A stretch of 64,000 nucleotides of DNA from Octopus sinensis (lineage: Eukaryota): positions 96,844,001 to 96,908,000 of the forward strand of contig NC_042998.1 of NCBI RefSeq assembly GCF_006345805.1. Direction: 5' to 3'. Numbering within the stretch: position 1 is the stretch's first letter; each line of letters opens with the position of its first letter. A program made the position numbers and the translations under genes. Positions 37,935-49,800 of this stretch are shown here, piece after piece. The notes under the pieces were generated by a model. That model saw only the letters and a program-made list of their open reading frames with translations, had not been told where the DNA came from and made no database searches.

Positions 37935-38390
37935 GAATTTATTTAAAGAGCACCATACGAGTGTGATCATTGACAGAGCAGCTAACCAGCTTCCATGCCA
38001 GTGGCACTTCAAGGGCACCATTCGAGCGTGATCATTACCAGCGTCGCCCTACTGGTACTTGTGCCTGTGTTTGTAGGGTGCCAAGAGCACCATCCGAGCG
38101 TGATTGTTACCAAAGTCGCCTTACTAGCACCTGTGCTGGTGGCATATGTAAAAGAATTCAAGTGAGGTCATTGCCAGTACTGCCTGACTGGTCCCCGTGC
38201 CGGTGGCACGTAAAAAGCACCCACTACACTCTCGGAATGGTTGGCATTAGGAAGGACATCCAGCTGTAGAAACTCTGCCAAATCAAGATTGGAGCCTGGT
38301 GCAACCATCTGGTTCACCAGCCCTCAGTCAAAATCGTCCAACCCATGGAAAGCAGACATTAAACGATGATGATGATGATGATGATGATTG
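37935..38390 (+). mobile_element. RTE 3' tail copy
   Basis: Same family as 1430-1812; ends (GAT)n. Further copies near 39.0-39.36, 45.0-45.45, 48.4-48.6(-), 53.7-53.9(-), 58.4-58.7(-) and 60.6-60.96(-) kb. Confidence 0.75.
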
Positions 38391-38559
38391 AAAAGTAAAT
38401 ATTCCCATCAACTTCAATGATAAACATCAGTGAATTCTCAATTATAAAATTGCTTTAATGAAGAAATTCTAAGTTTCCATATAACCAGTGATATTCATTT
38501 CCAACATTCTGCAAAAGCATGTCTGGCTATGGGGAAACATGACCTGACTTTTCGTCTGA

Positions 38560-38810
38560 TGCCATTTCGTATAACATCACTTTGGCCATGTCTTTTGGTC
38601 TGACATCTTTTTGTCCGATGATTTTTCTGTCCAACAACTTTTTGTCCAATTTTCAATAAACTCTATAGAAAACAAGGTGAACGTCAAAATCAAATAATCA
38701 TTGAGAATTTTACTAATAGGATTTTTCATTGGACAAAAAAAATCATCAGACAAAAAGACATTGGACCAAAAGACATTTGACAAAGTGACATTGATTGAAA
38801 AGACATAGCA
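38560..38810. mobile_element. MITE with ~75-bp TIRs built from ~15-bp subrepeats (Mutator-like architecture)
   Basis: Left arm of GTCC/TGTCTTTT(T)G repeats mirrors the right-arm GGACAAAA/CAAAAGAC repeats. Confidence 0.6.
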
Positions 38811-40185
38811 CCATGGGGAAATATTACCTTATTTGGAAATAAGTGAGGGTTGGTGACTGGAAGGGCATCCAACCATAAAAAATGTACCTTCATCCAGCCC
38901 ATCCAAGCACGGAAAAATGGGCGTTAAATCTATGATGAGGACTTAGTTTTTGAGAAGTTAATTTCTTACAATAAAGCACTTGTGCTGCTACTATGCAAAA
39001 AAGCACCTGTAATGGTATCACATGAAGAGTACCTGTGCCAGCGCCACATAATAAGCACTCATGCCAGTGACACATCAAAAGCACCCTTGCCAGCACCACG
39101 TGCAAAGTACCCATGCTGGTGCCATGTAAAAAGTACTTGTGTTGGCACCACATAAAAAGCATCTATGTTGGCACTATGTAGAATACATCCAGTACACTCT
39201 GTAAAATGGCTGATGTTAGGAAGGCCATCCAGTCATAAAAACCATTCCAAAACAGACAACTGGAGCCTGGTGAAGCCCTTCAGCTTGCCAGCTCCTGTCA
39301 AACCATCCAGTCCATGCTAGCATAGGAAATGGATATTGGACGATGATGATGATGGTGATGATTTCTTACAATTAGATATACTGCTACATTTAATACACTT
39401 AAAGGCATCATTTTCCTAGTTTTGCTGTAATTATGGCCCACCCACAGATTGCAATTTCTAAATATTCTAATCACACTAAGTGACTTACAGCATACGTCAA
39501 ACATGGCTCACGAAAGAGAACATTGCCTTCACTATACTCTTTTTCATGTTTCTGAATGGATTCACTCACATTCCCCTGTTTTCATTGTGTTTTTGTTTTT
39601 GTTGGGATTTTTTTTCAATCATTTATAGTTCTTAGAATGATTAACAACAATTAGATGATCATTATTCTGTAATGTAAATAATCGGATAAACCCTGATTGA
39701 TATTATTAGCATTGACATTTACAATCTGACAAAATCATACATTAAATGAATGAAGAAACGAGTCTCCATACAGTCATTCAACTGCTAGAAATAGCAGCCA
39801 AACTAAATCTCACTCAAATCACACACTAGCACCTTTTTTAAAAATGGGATACATTTAATAATAAAATCTTAAGATATACTGCCCCTGATAAAAAGAAAAA
39901 GGTAATAAAAGGGATGGTCATAGCTTGAATGCTATTGACCACAGGTCTGCTTAATATTACTGATCTGTACCTAGACAACATCATCATCATTATTGTTTTA
40001 ATGTCCATTTTTCCATGCTTGCATGGGTCACATGGAATTTGTTGAGGCACATTTTCTATAGCTGAATGCCCTTTTTGTCACCAACCTTCATTTGTGTATG
40101 ACAGTGATGCTTGCTCACATGATGTTGAGGTAAGAGTATATACACAGGCACACACACATACACACATACATATATATATACATAT

Positions 40186-40400
40186 ATCAAAATAAGCAAC
40201 AGGATATTCAGGGGTAATGCAGTACAATCATGTCAATGATTGAACAATGCAATCATTACATCAATTTAAATGGCAGAGCAATCCTCAGCTGCATAAATAC
40301 ATAGAATTAAATGATGTAATGATTGCATTGGTCAATTAAATGGAGTCGCTTGAAATGATCGTACTGCATTACCTCTGAATATCCTCTTGCTTATTTTGAT
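40186..40400. mobile_element. 215-bp fold-back element with HHR remnants
   Basis: Arms ATCAAAATAAGCAA..GGATATTCAG.GGTAATGCAGTAC.ATCAT are inverted; CTGAGGA core on the - strand, GAAA-TGATCG-TA-CTGCAT on the + strand. Confidence 0.7.
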
Positions 40401-40529
40401 TTTAATCACTTTATTTTGAAATTGTTTTGAAATTGTATGGATAATACTGTACTAAATTCTGGTGCCTCAACTTAGGTACCATATTCATCTGAATCTAAAT
40501 TTTTGCTTAACTTGCCATATATACATATA

Positions 40530-40800
40530 TGTAGCTTAGTGGTTAGAGTGTTGCACTCATAATCTAACGATTGGTACTGAGCCTCACATTGTGTTTTTGA
40601 GCAAAACACTTCATTTCATGTTTCTCCAGTTCGCTCAGCTGTAAATAGGTTACCCTGCAACAGACTAGCCTTCCAATCAGGGGGAATGTTGGCCTGCTCA
40701 TCTAAGCCAGCAGGGTGGCATCATTCAAAAGCTAAAACCATGCAAAACGCATTGTGACCAGTGATGTATAACATCTAATAGTCTGGTCGATCACATGATA
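40530..40800 (+). mobile_element. tRNA-derived SINE family D; other copies at 34055-34150(-), 50880-51020(-), 52345-52650(+) and 60380-60610(-)
   Basis: TAGCTTAGTGGTTAGAG head and TTGAGCAAAACACTTCATTTCA..CTCCAGT.C.CTCAGCTG core. Confidence 0.75.
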
Positions 40801-40884
40801 TATATATATATAATCTATTGACTTTTATACATGCTAGGCCACTGGAAGTGAAATTTCTAAAAATATTCGCTACCCTATATATTT

Positions 40885-41345
40885 TACGACTCGCTGCATC
40901 GTTCTTGCTGAGGGCGAGGTGCGTTTGCCCGTCTCCGTTGGTTAGACATGCCTGCGCTTTTTGTGGAGCAACGGGCCCGGTTGAGAGAAGCGCGTGGGTC
41001 CTAACCGCCAGCCATGAAGCCGGCGGCAGTGGCAGGGTGCTCGTCTGTGACCTGGAGACACCCTGCGCCTACTGGCCCAATGGGAAACGGGTTGCGATGA
41101 CGGATCGGAAGGGAAGTGCGTCCGATGCCAGCGCCCCGGAAATCAAACATTGACGAGGCGGCAGACGACCGCCCACGGAACAAGCGGCTGCCACTGGCGC
41201 ATGTATCGACGACGATGGCGCCTCGGCGGGAAGCAGCGGACTGAGTCCCCTCGCAATCGCGGTGAGCGGTCCTATCCGTTTACCCCTGGTAAATCCAGTT
41301 CGGCATTTTTCATTTACTGCCGACTGAAACTGCACTTGCGCAGTG
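40885..41345. other. Unexplained GC- and CpG-rich island
   Basis: Abrupt shift to strongly GC-rich, CpG-intact sequence in AT-rich surroundings; no recognisable product in six frames. Confidence 0.6.
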
Positions 41346-41412
41346 AATTTGAGAAATTATAACATATAATGATAAGATACATGTTATTTTGTCTCTAAAT
41401 TATATGTTAATG

Positions 41413-41497
41413 TTATGGCACAGTTACTGATGAGAATTTTGCCTGGCAAATTATTTTATTTGCTAAAAAAAAACTTGAAATCTAGGTATAACCATAA
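41413..41497 (+). ncRNA. Degenerate type I hammerhead ribozyme
   Basis: TTATG-gcaca-GTTA / TAAC-CATAA bulged stem I; CTGATGA 41427-41433; GAAA 41477-41480; stem III T-CTAG-G; GTA cleavage triplet; weak stem II base. Confidence 0.5.
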
Positions 41498-41686
41498 GAA
41501 ATAACAAGGTAAAAGTTTTTAGTTTTCATTCCCTTTCGTGACAGTAATTTCAAAGTTTCGGCCAACTAAGCCAGCATTGTAATTCACTGGATTTCTTGGC
41601 CAAGAGGAACTTAAATGAATTACAGTCCAATGATAGTTTAGCTGGTTGCAACTTCGAAGTCACTGTCAATACTGTTCTTGTTAAAG

Positions 41687-41743
<57 letters not shown>

Positions 41744-42424
41744 TATGACACACTTCTTTCCGTTTCTGTCTACCAGAATGGTAGCTAAATGGAAAAAAAC
41801 TTGCCTGAAGTATCACACATTGGGACTGAACCCAAAACCACTTGGTTGGAAAGCAAGCTTCTTAAGGACTCCACCATGCCTGTGCTAAGCCAAGCATGGC
41901 TGTTATAAGTAACGAAACTAAAAAAAAGCTTCCTGGCTTAGTTATGAACCCTGAAATTAGGTTTAACAATTCAGTGAATAAACTGTCAGATCCATTAGTT
42001 TATAAAGTATGAATTCATATTCTGCTTTTAGAGTTGCACTGCATCGTTAAGCAAAGCACTTAACTTTATTTACGTTAAGCATTATATCTATGATAGTATA
42101 ATATTATCCTATAACCAACAAAAACAAATTCATTCTGGCATTCTGATAACACACCAGTAAAATATATTTATCTTATCAGCATAGGAATACATATAGCTGT
42201 GTAGTTAAGAATTTTGCTTCCCAACTATGTGGTTTGGGTTCAGTTCCACTGAATGACAGCTTGGGCAAGTGTCTTTTACTATTGCCTCAAACCAACCAAA
42301 GCTTGAGTGGATCTGGGAGATGGCAAACTGAAAGAAGTCCACTGGGTATGAATCAGAGGAGAGTCTGTCAAATGTTGACCCAGTTGAGGGAACAGCTAGC
42401 TAAATTGAAAATATCTTGGTAGAT

Positions 42425-44480
42425 TAAGCAATTAAGGATATGAAGATAGGGAAAGGCCCCAGCCCATCAGGAATCACTGCTGAGATACATGGCAGTGTCG
42501 GTTATGGTCTACTCACTTGTATTGTAAATCGTATGGTTCATGAAGGAGTCATACTCAATGACTGGTGTAGCAGCACCATAGTCAACTGCTACACAGGTAA
42601 AGGTAATGCCTTAGATAGAAATAATTACAGAGGTATCAAATTGTTGGATCAGGTGATGATTGTTATGGAGAGGGTCATAGCCCAACTAATTAGAAAGAAA
42701 GTTAGTCTAGATGAAATGAAGTTTGGTTTTGTACCAGGGAGAAGCAGCACTGGTGCTATATTTCTGGTAAAGCAGCTGCAGAAGAAATACATAGCCAAAG
42801 ATAAATTTCTGTACTTGGCTTTTGTTGACTTGAAGAAAGCCTTTGACAGGGTCCCCCAATCCCTTATCTAGTGCTCAATGCAGAAACTAGGGATGGACAA
42901 ATGGTTGGTGAGAGCTGTACAAGCCATGTACAGGGAAGCTATCGGTAAGGTGGGAGTTGGCAATGAGTACAGTGAAGAAATCAGAGTAGAAGTAGGGGTT
43001 CACCAAGGATCGGTCCTCAGCCCCACTTGTTCATCATAGTCCTCCAGGCAATAACAGAGGAATTGAAGATTGGCTGCCCCTGGGAGCTCCTCTATGCTGA
43101 TGATCTTGTTCTTATATCTGAATCCCTATCAGAACTAGAGAAGAAGTTCCAGGTCTGGAGGTAAGGTCTAGAATCGAAGGACTTTAGAGTTAACCTACAA
43201 AAACCAAAGTTTTAGTAATTAGGAAGGCAGACAAATCACATATCCCTTCAGGTAAATGACCATGCTTGATCTGTAGGAAAAGCATAGGTAGAAACTCCAT
43301 AAGATGCACCCAGTGTAAGCTATGGATACATAAGAGGTGCAGCAATATCAGAGGAAAGTTAACTGGGAAAATAGCTTTTGTGTGTGGAAGATGCACAGGT
43401 ACAATAAACACTGAAAATGTACAGAAAATAGACTCCATCAACTGCCAGGTGGGTAAGCTAGGGGTAGTGGGTAGTTTCTGTTATCTAGGTGATCAAGTTA
43501 GTAGCTAAGGTGGATGTTCCAAGAGTGTAGCTACGAGAATAAGAATAGGCTGGGCAAAGTTAAGAGAGCTGGCAACAAAGGGTCTCGCCCTCAGAGTGAA
43601 AGGCAGATTGTATGATTCCTGTGTGCAAACAGCTATGCTACACAGTAGTAAAACATGGTCTGTGACAGCTGAAGACATGCATAGGCTTGAAATAAATTAA
43701 GTCAGTATGCTTCACTGGATGTGCAATGCCAGTGTGCATGTTTGACAGAGTGTAAGCATCTTGAGAGAAAAGTTGGGCATAAGAGGCATCAGATGTGGTG
43801 TGCAAGAAAGACAACTGCGTTGGTATGGTCCTGTGATGTGTATGGATGAGGACAGCTGTGTAAAGAAGTGCCGAACTCTAACTGTGGCAGGAATTCATGG
43901 TCCAAGAAGACATGGGACGAGGTGGTGAAGCATGGTCTTCAAACTTTAGACCTCACAGAGGCAATGATTAGTGACCGAGACCTTTGGTGATATACTGTGC
44001 TTGAGAAGACCTGTCAAGCCAAGTGAAATCATAGTCGTAGCTGATGCTGGTGTCACATAACTGGCACCCATGCCAGTGGCACATAAAATGCACCTTTCAA
44101 ATGTTGGGCCTCACAGAAGCAAAGTGGCTGATGCTGGTGGCATGTGAAGAGCACTTTTTGAGTGTTGGGACTCACAGAGGTAATGACTGAGACCTTTGGC
44201 ATTATGTTGTGCTTGAGAAGCAGACTCATCAAGCCAAGTAAAATTGCAGTCATGGCAGACACTGGTGTCATGCAAACAGCACCCATGTCAGTGGCACATA
44301 AAAGTACCCATTACACTCTCAGAGTGGTTGGCACTAGGAAGGGCATCCAGCTGTAGAAACCATGCCCAATCAGATTGGAGTCTGGTGCAACCTTACAGCT
44401 TGCCAGCCCTCATCAAACCGTCCAGCCCATGCCAGCATGGACAATGGACATTAAGCAATGATGATGATGATGATGATATA
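42425..44480 (+). mobile_element. RTE-clade LINE, 5'-truncated, RT plus 3' UTR
   Basis: ORF 42440-42871 (NYRGIKLLDQVM..QFGF-like..LAFVDLKKAFDRVP), YADD at ~43092, (GAT)n tail; frameshifts and stops. Confidence 0.92.
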
Positions 44481-45219
44481 TATATGGATGGACGGATTTT
44501 TAACCAACACTGTGTATAGAAAAATTATGAAACAATCCATCTGTATTAAGATAGAAAACAGCCAGACTGGTTTCCATTCTTGAATAGTAATTTCTTTAGT
44601 GACTGTACTCTCAATCACTAATGAAATCACAATTCCAGGATTGAAACCAAACAAGCTGTTCCTTCTTTTTCTTTCGACATCATTGGCCATCTCCTACCCC
44701 CATATCCATCACTCCCTACATCCACACTTTAACCCTATTCAATCTTTACAGCTGTTACCCACCTCTTGTATTCTCTCCTATTTCCCCAATCTCTTCCATC
44801 ATGTCCCATGCACTCTTCCAAACCCTCACCCACTCACACACCTAGTTTCTCTGGCCCCTTTCACTTCTATTCACTTCATACCTTAAGGGGCCACCTGGAC
44901 ACCCCATCCCCACTATTTATCTCTTTGCAGCTACTGCTGATCCATTCTCACTCTCCTTCCCCTAAATGTGAGTAACCATGTTGCTCCTCTACAAGAACCA
45001 GCTCTGCTCCCAAAGCTAATCCCTACCCTCAAGTTTCGTAGTCTTGTAAGCTGCATGGCAACCTCTTGAGTGCCAGAGACATGAGAAAAGCACTCAGGTA
45101 TCACTGTAAAGTGGCTGGAATTAGGAATGGCATCCAGCCACAGAAACCATGCCAAAGCAGACACTGGAGCACCATGCAGTCTTTGAACCCAGCAGATTCT
45201 ATTAAATCATCCAACCTAT

Positions 45220-45332
45220 GCCAGCAGCAGCAACAGCAGCACCACCACCACCACCACCACCACCACCACCCACCACCACCACCACCACCACCATCATCAT
45301 CACCATCACCATCAACATCACCACCACCACCA
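45220..45332. repeat. (CAG/CAC/CAT)n compound repeat inside an RTE tail
   Basis: Direct reading. Confidence 0.9.
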
Positions 45333-46220
45333 GCTGTAGAAACCTTGCCAGATCAGATTGGAGCTTGGTACAGCCACCTGGCTTGCCAGTCCTCAGTCAA
45401 ACCGTCCAACCCACGCCAGCATGGAAAGCGGACGTTAAATGATGATGATATATACATATATAAAGATAAATACAGTATGATAACAAAACGCCATTAATGC
45501 ACCAGTAATTCACAGTTCAAAATAGATATTTTTCCTATATTCTTTATCATACATTTGTTTTAAATATTTTCTGTCATTATTTTTATTTTTATACTTGATA
45601 ATATTAAATCAGTAGAGTACCAAACAAAATGCCTTGTGGTGTTTAGTTGCATTCCTTTACATTCTGAGAGCAAACCCCACTTAGATCATTCTGTATAGAA
45701 TCAATAAAATAAGCATAGTTAAGTTCTGAAGATTTATTTCAGCAATTCCCAACATTTGTGACTTTGTGTCAATAATAAATGATATTATTCCATTCCATCC
45801 TTAGTGCAGAGAAAGAAAAATAAATCTATAAAGATAGCAAAAACGTGTACATCACTTAACACACAACTGAGATTAATAGCACGATCGCCCAGCTCATACC
45901 AGTATGGAAAAAATGGATACTAAAGGAGGAAGGAAGGAGAAAGAGGGGGTAGAGGGAGAAAGAGAGGAGGTGGCAATGATGATGATGGTTGTGCACAACA
46001 TTCAAGCACTGTATCATGTTATGAGCAAGCATTGTGGAAATATAAATTGAATTTTGGTATATATTGCTATCAAACATGACATATTTTATTACTCTCTTGA
46101 GGGATGGAAGATAAAGTTAAACATAATGGTATTTAATCACAGGACAGTGTAATATAATATATTCAGTCTTCTATTCTGCTGACACTGCTATTCTTGGAAT
46201 ATCACTCCATTGAACATAAT

Positions 46221-46555
46221 AACAAGAGCATGCAGAGAGCACAAACCTCTGCCAAAGCAACACTAACTCCTCTCAACAAGTAGCCAGAGATGATTTTTAA
46301 AATGAGAATATCTGAAATATACTCGACTGCTCTCACAAACAAGAATACTAAAAATGAACCCGACTGCCCTCAAAAATTAAGTAAAAAAAAACAGGAAAAA
46401 TAATTCAGAATCCTTTTCTGGTACCAGATCAATCCCAAAATTTAATCAGGTCGTGCCAGTCATATGGCCAAACATCCCTGAAAGTTTCATCTGAATCCAG
46501 CAGTTCTTGAGATATCTTGTCCACGGACAAACAAACACGACTGAGGCGGAGGTAA
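46221..46555 (+). mobile_element. Helitron/Helentron-like non-autonomous element (second family)
   Basis: 5' AACAAGAGCA..GAGAGC..AAACCTC, internal GAAAGTTTCATC.GAATCC, ACAAAC repeats, 3' GGCGGAGGTAA. Confidence 0.55.
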
Positions 46556-46633
46556 TAATTTAACCTCAATGCTAATAGCTTCCATATAATAGACTTAATA
46601 CCATTTTAAAATCTATTTTGTTGTATTGTTTAA

Positions 46634-46858
46634 GCCTTTTGTTACCATATTTCTGTTGAATTATGTTGCCAATGTATAAAAATAATTTGGAAAATATTGA
46701 AGAATTTCGTAAAATAACTTTGTGGTTATTTTAAGATGGTGTTTGGGACTATAAATTAACATGAGATTTTGATTGAAGATTTTAATGTAGATTATTTGTA
46801 ACAGAAAATTTGTATCATAGAACCAGAAATGGTCTCAAGCAGGTTGGTATCAGAAGGG
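46634..46858. mobile_element. piggyBac-type MITE
   Basis: TTAA flanks; TIR (G/C)CCTTTTGTTACC / GGTATCAGAAGGG; left end resembles the 61794 terminus. Confidence 0.75.
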
Positions 46859-47799
46859 TTAAATTATTGGAATTATTAACTAAAAGTAATGATGAATTTG
46901 AATAAATCTAAAATAAATAAATAAATCTTCACAAATTGTTTCTAATTAGCAATTTTATTGAGCATTTTTTAAAGCTTTCTTGAGGTTCTTCAGCTGATAA
47001 CTGAACTTATGTATCTTAGAGAATTCCCAGTCTTATTTAACAACTGAATCTCCCAATATTAACTTTCTACTTAGTGTTGTAAGCCTAGAATAGCTGCAGA
47101 ATTATTACTCATGCAATGGCTATTATCATAATTATTGGGACATAACAAATTAGCTACAAACTATTGTTAACATCATTATCTTTATCACCAACACCATCGC
47201 CACCGCCACCACTATCATCATATTTGTTTAATACCTGTTTTCCATGCTGGTTTCGGTTGGATGGATCAAGCTAGAGAACTGCAATGAGTTCAAATGTCTG
47301 CTTTGATATGGTTTCTACAACTGATGCTCTTCTTTACAACAAACATAACAATGCTGATTAATTTGCCCTCATTTCTATTTAATTTTTGAAAATATCTGGC
47401 CTTGTGTTTAGAGTGTTGGACTCACAATCATTAGATCATGGCTTCAATTCTCATTTCACACTGTTCCAGTCCACCTGACTGAAAGTAACAATGACTGCTG
47501 ATGATTAACTTATAACATACTGCTGTCCATTTAACAGGGTGTCATGCACTCTCAACCTAAGGTGATCTTGTGTTGGATGATGAAAAGGTGATATTGAGAA
47601 ATACAGGTGTCTTGCTGTAGAGGAAGTATAAGGTTACCTGGCCAGAGCGAGGTAAGATGCTTTAAAAGTCTGGATAAGCTTCTGAACATGTAGGCTCCAA
47701 GAAGACTTATTTCTATTAAATCCATTTTATTGCTATATCTCTGCTAAACTACACATTTCTTTCAGCTAATCTTGTAATGGTGATTCAAAACTTTATCTA

Positions 47800-48260
47800 C
47801 CAGACACTTTGAGTGAACCACCACAGGTCTGTTAAGCAATCAAACTGTGTGAAGTTGTTTTTCTAGAATGTTCTTTCTTGTATCTTATAAAACACCTTTT
47901 TGCTGCTCAATTAGACATCTGAACAACACATGCTTCCATTTTTGCCATGATGACATTTCCAGACATTTCTGCAAACAGTTCCAGGTTCTTGGACAGGCCC
48001 CTTCTGTTCTGAACATTCACATGGTGTCTCATAAGTTAACTTCTACAGACATGGCACAGTTTTTTTCATTATCTCAGTCAGCAGATGGCCAAGGACAGAT
48101 AGCAAAAGAACTCTGTCATCACAGAAATTTACACAGTGGACTTTGTATATTTTGGGGCTGACCACATGTTATCACACAGAAAGCTTTCTATAATTTCAGA
48201 GCAATCCATCTCTCAGTCAGCAAACATGCATGTCATCCATTGTAAATAGTCAACATCCAA
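47800..48260 (-). mobile_element. Possible highly degenerate L1/Tx1-like LINE 3' remnant
   Basis: Broken frames LMRHHVNV, EGACPR and KHVLFRC resemble a C-terminal zinc knuckle region. Confidence 0.3.
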
Positions 48261-49344
48261 TATATTTATATCTGGCAATACATATTTTGGTGTGTTTCAG
48301 TTTTTATTCACATAGCCAGCAAAATATATCTTCATTTACCAGCTCACTTCAAGTAACAATCTCAAAAATAATGAAGAATTTACTAAAATGATTTTGTCAT
48401 TAAGTTTCTTATAAGGCAGTCATCATCCTCATCATCATATCATTTAATGTCCACTTTCTACCCTGGCATGGGTTAGACGGTTTGACTGGAACTGGTAAAC
48501 TATAGAGCTGCACCAGGTTCCACTCTGATTTGGCATAGTTTCTACAGCTGGATGCCCTTCCTAACACCAAAAAAAGTAAGGCTTTCCATACACGTAGGAC
48601 TTAAACCCACACTGCTATGTTTAAATGACAAGTGTGTCACCATTACACTGCACTGGTAAAAGCATTAGCATGCGAGTTATAAAGGTGGGCAAAAATGACT
48701 AGCAGCATTTTGTTCTTTATGTTCTGAGTTCAAATTCCACCAAGGTTGACTTTACCTTTCATCCTTTCAGGGCCAATAAAATAAGTACCAGTCAAGTACT
48801 GGGGTCAATATAGTCGACTCTTACCCCTCCCCTCAAAAACATCTGGCCTGTGCCAAAATCTGAAACTATTAATAAGTTCATATTTGTAATTTGAATTTAC
48901 ATAAAATTCTAGTGGAAGTTTTTAATCTAGATCTCTTTACAAGAAGCTTGCTTTACAGAACTAGGGATGTCTTGGGCAGGTTGGCATTAAAAAGGTTAAT
49001 TTACTGATTTCTTGGAATGCTTGTTTTTCCTTTTCTGTATCTATATTTTGTGCTGCTTCTTATCAATAACTTTAAATACAAACTTATCCAATATCACAAA
49101 GGGAGATCAAAACAGTAAGTCGACAAACAGCCTCTATGAAATCTATCAATATGCTAGAAATGGCAGTCAAATTTCCACTAAGTGACACTCTCCCATCATA
49201 AAATAAAGAATGATACATTGGATAATGTGGTTCTAGATATACTGCAATAAAGACAGGATGGTCATAGCTGGGATATCTTAGACCATAGATTAAACAACAA
49301 CAATACTAACAACAAAACAATTATAGTTTGTTTCTTAAAATAAT

Positions 49345-49800
49345 AATAATAATGAGATTATTGTGTATAGTGCTCAGGTGCACTACAACTCATTCAAGGT
49401 GCATGTACAATACATAGAATTATTTACAAAAGTCAGGAAAGTGAACAGTGTATGAATCATGATATACATGTGTGCATATGTATGGAGGGAGGGGATATCA
49501 GGTGTAGTGTTGGTGAATTTCAAGAAACATGGAGGTTTTAAAGGATGCAATGTCTCAGCAACTAACAACTGATGCAGGTATTTTGTTCCATGCTTCAGCA
49601 ACTCTTAGTGTGAAAAAATATATCCGAAAGTCATGGGAGCTGTGCTGTTTTCTGACTTTGTAGGCATGCCCACATGTGTTATACACATGGAGTTCAAAAA
49701 GGTGCTCAAGGTGGTTGTTGGCACAATGGTTAATAATTTTGTGGGTGTTTACCAAGCCAGTTGCCAGATGTCAGAGCTTCAATGTATCTATACCCAGAGA
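49345..49800 (-). mobile_element. CR1-group LINE 3' end
   Basis: GHAYKVRKQHSSHDFRIYFFTLRVAEAWNKIPASVVSC..ASFKTSM followed by a (ATT)n tail. Confidence 0.8.
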
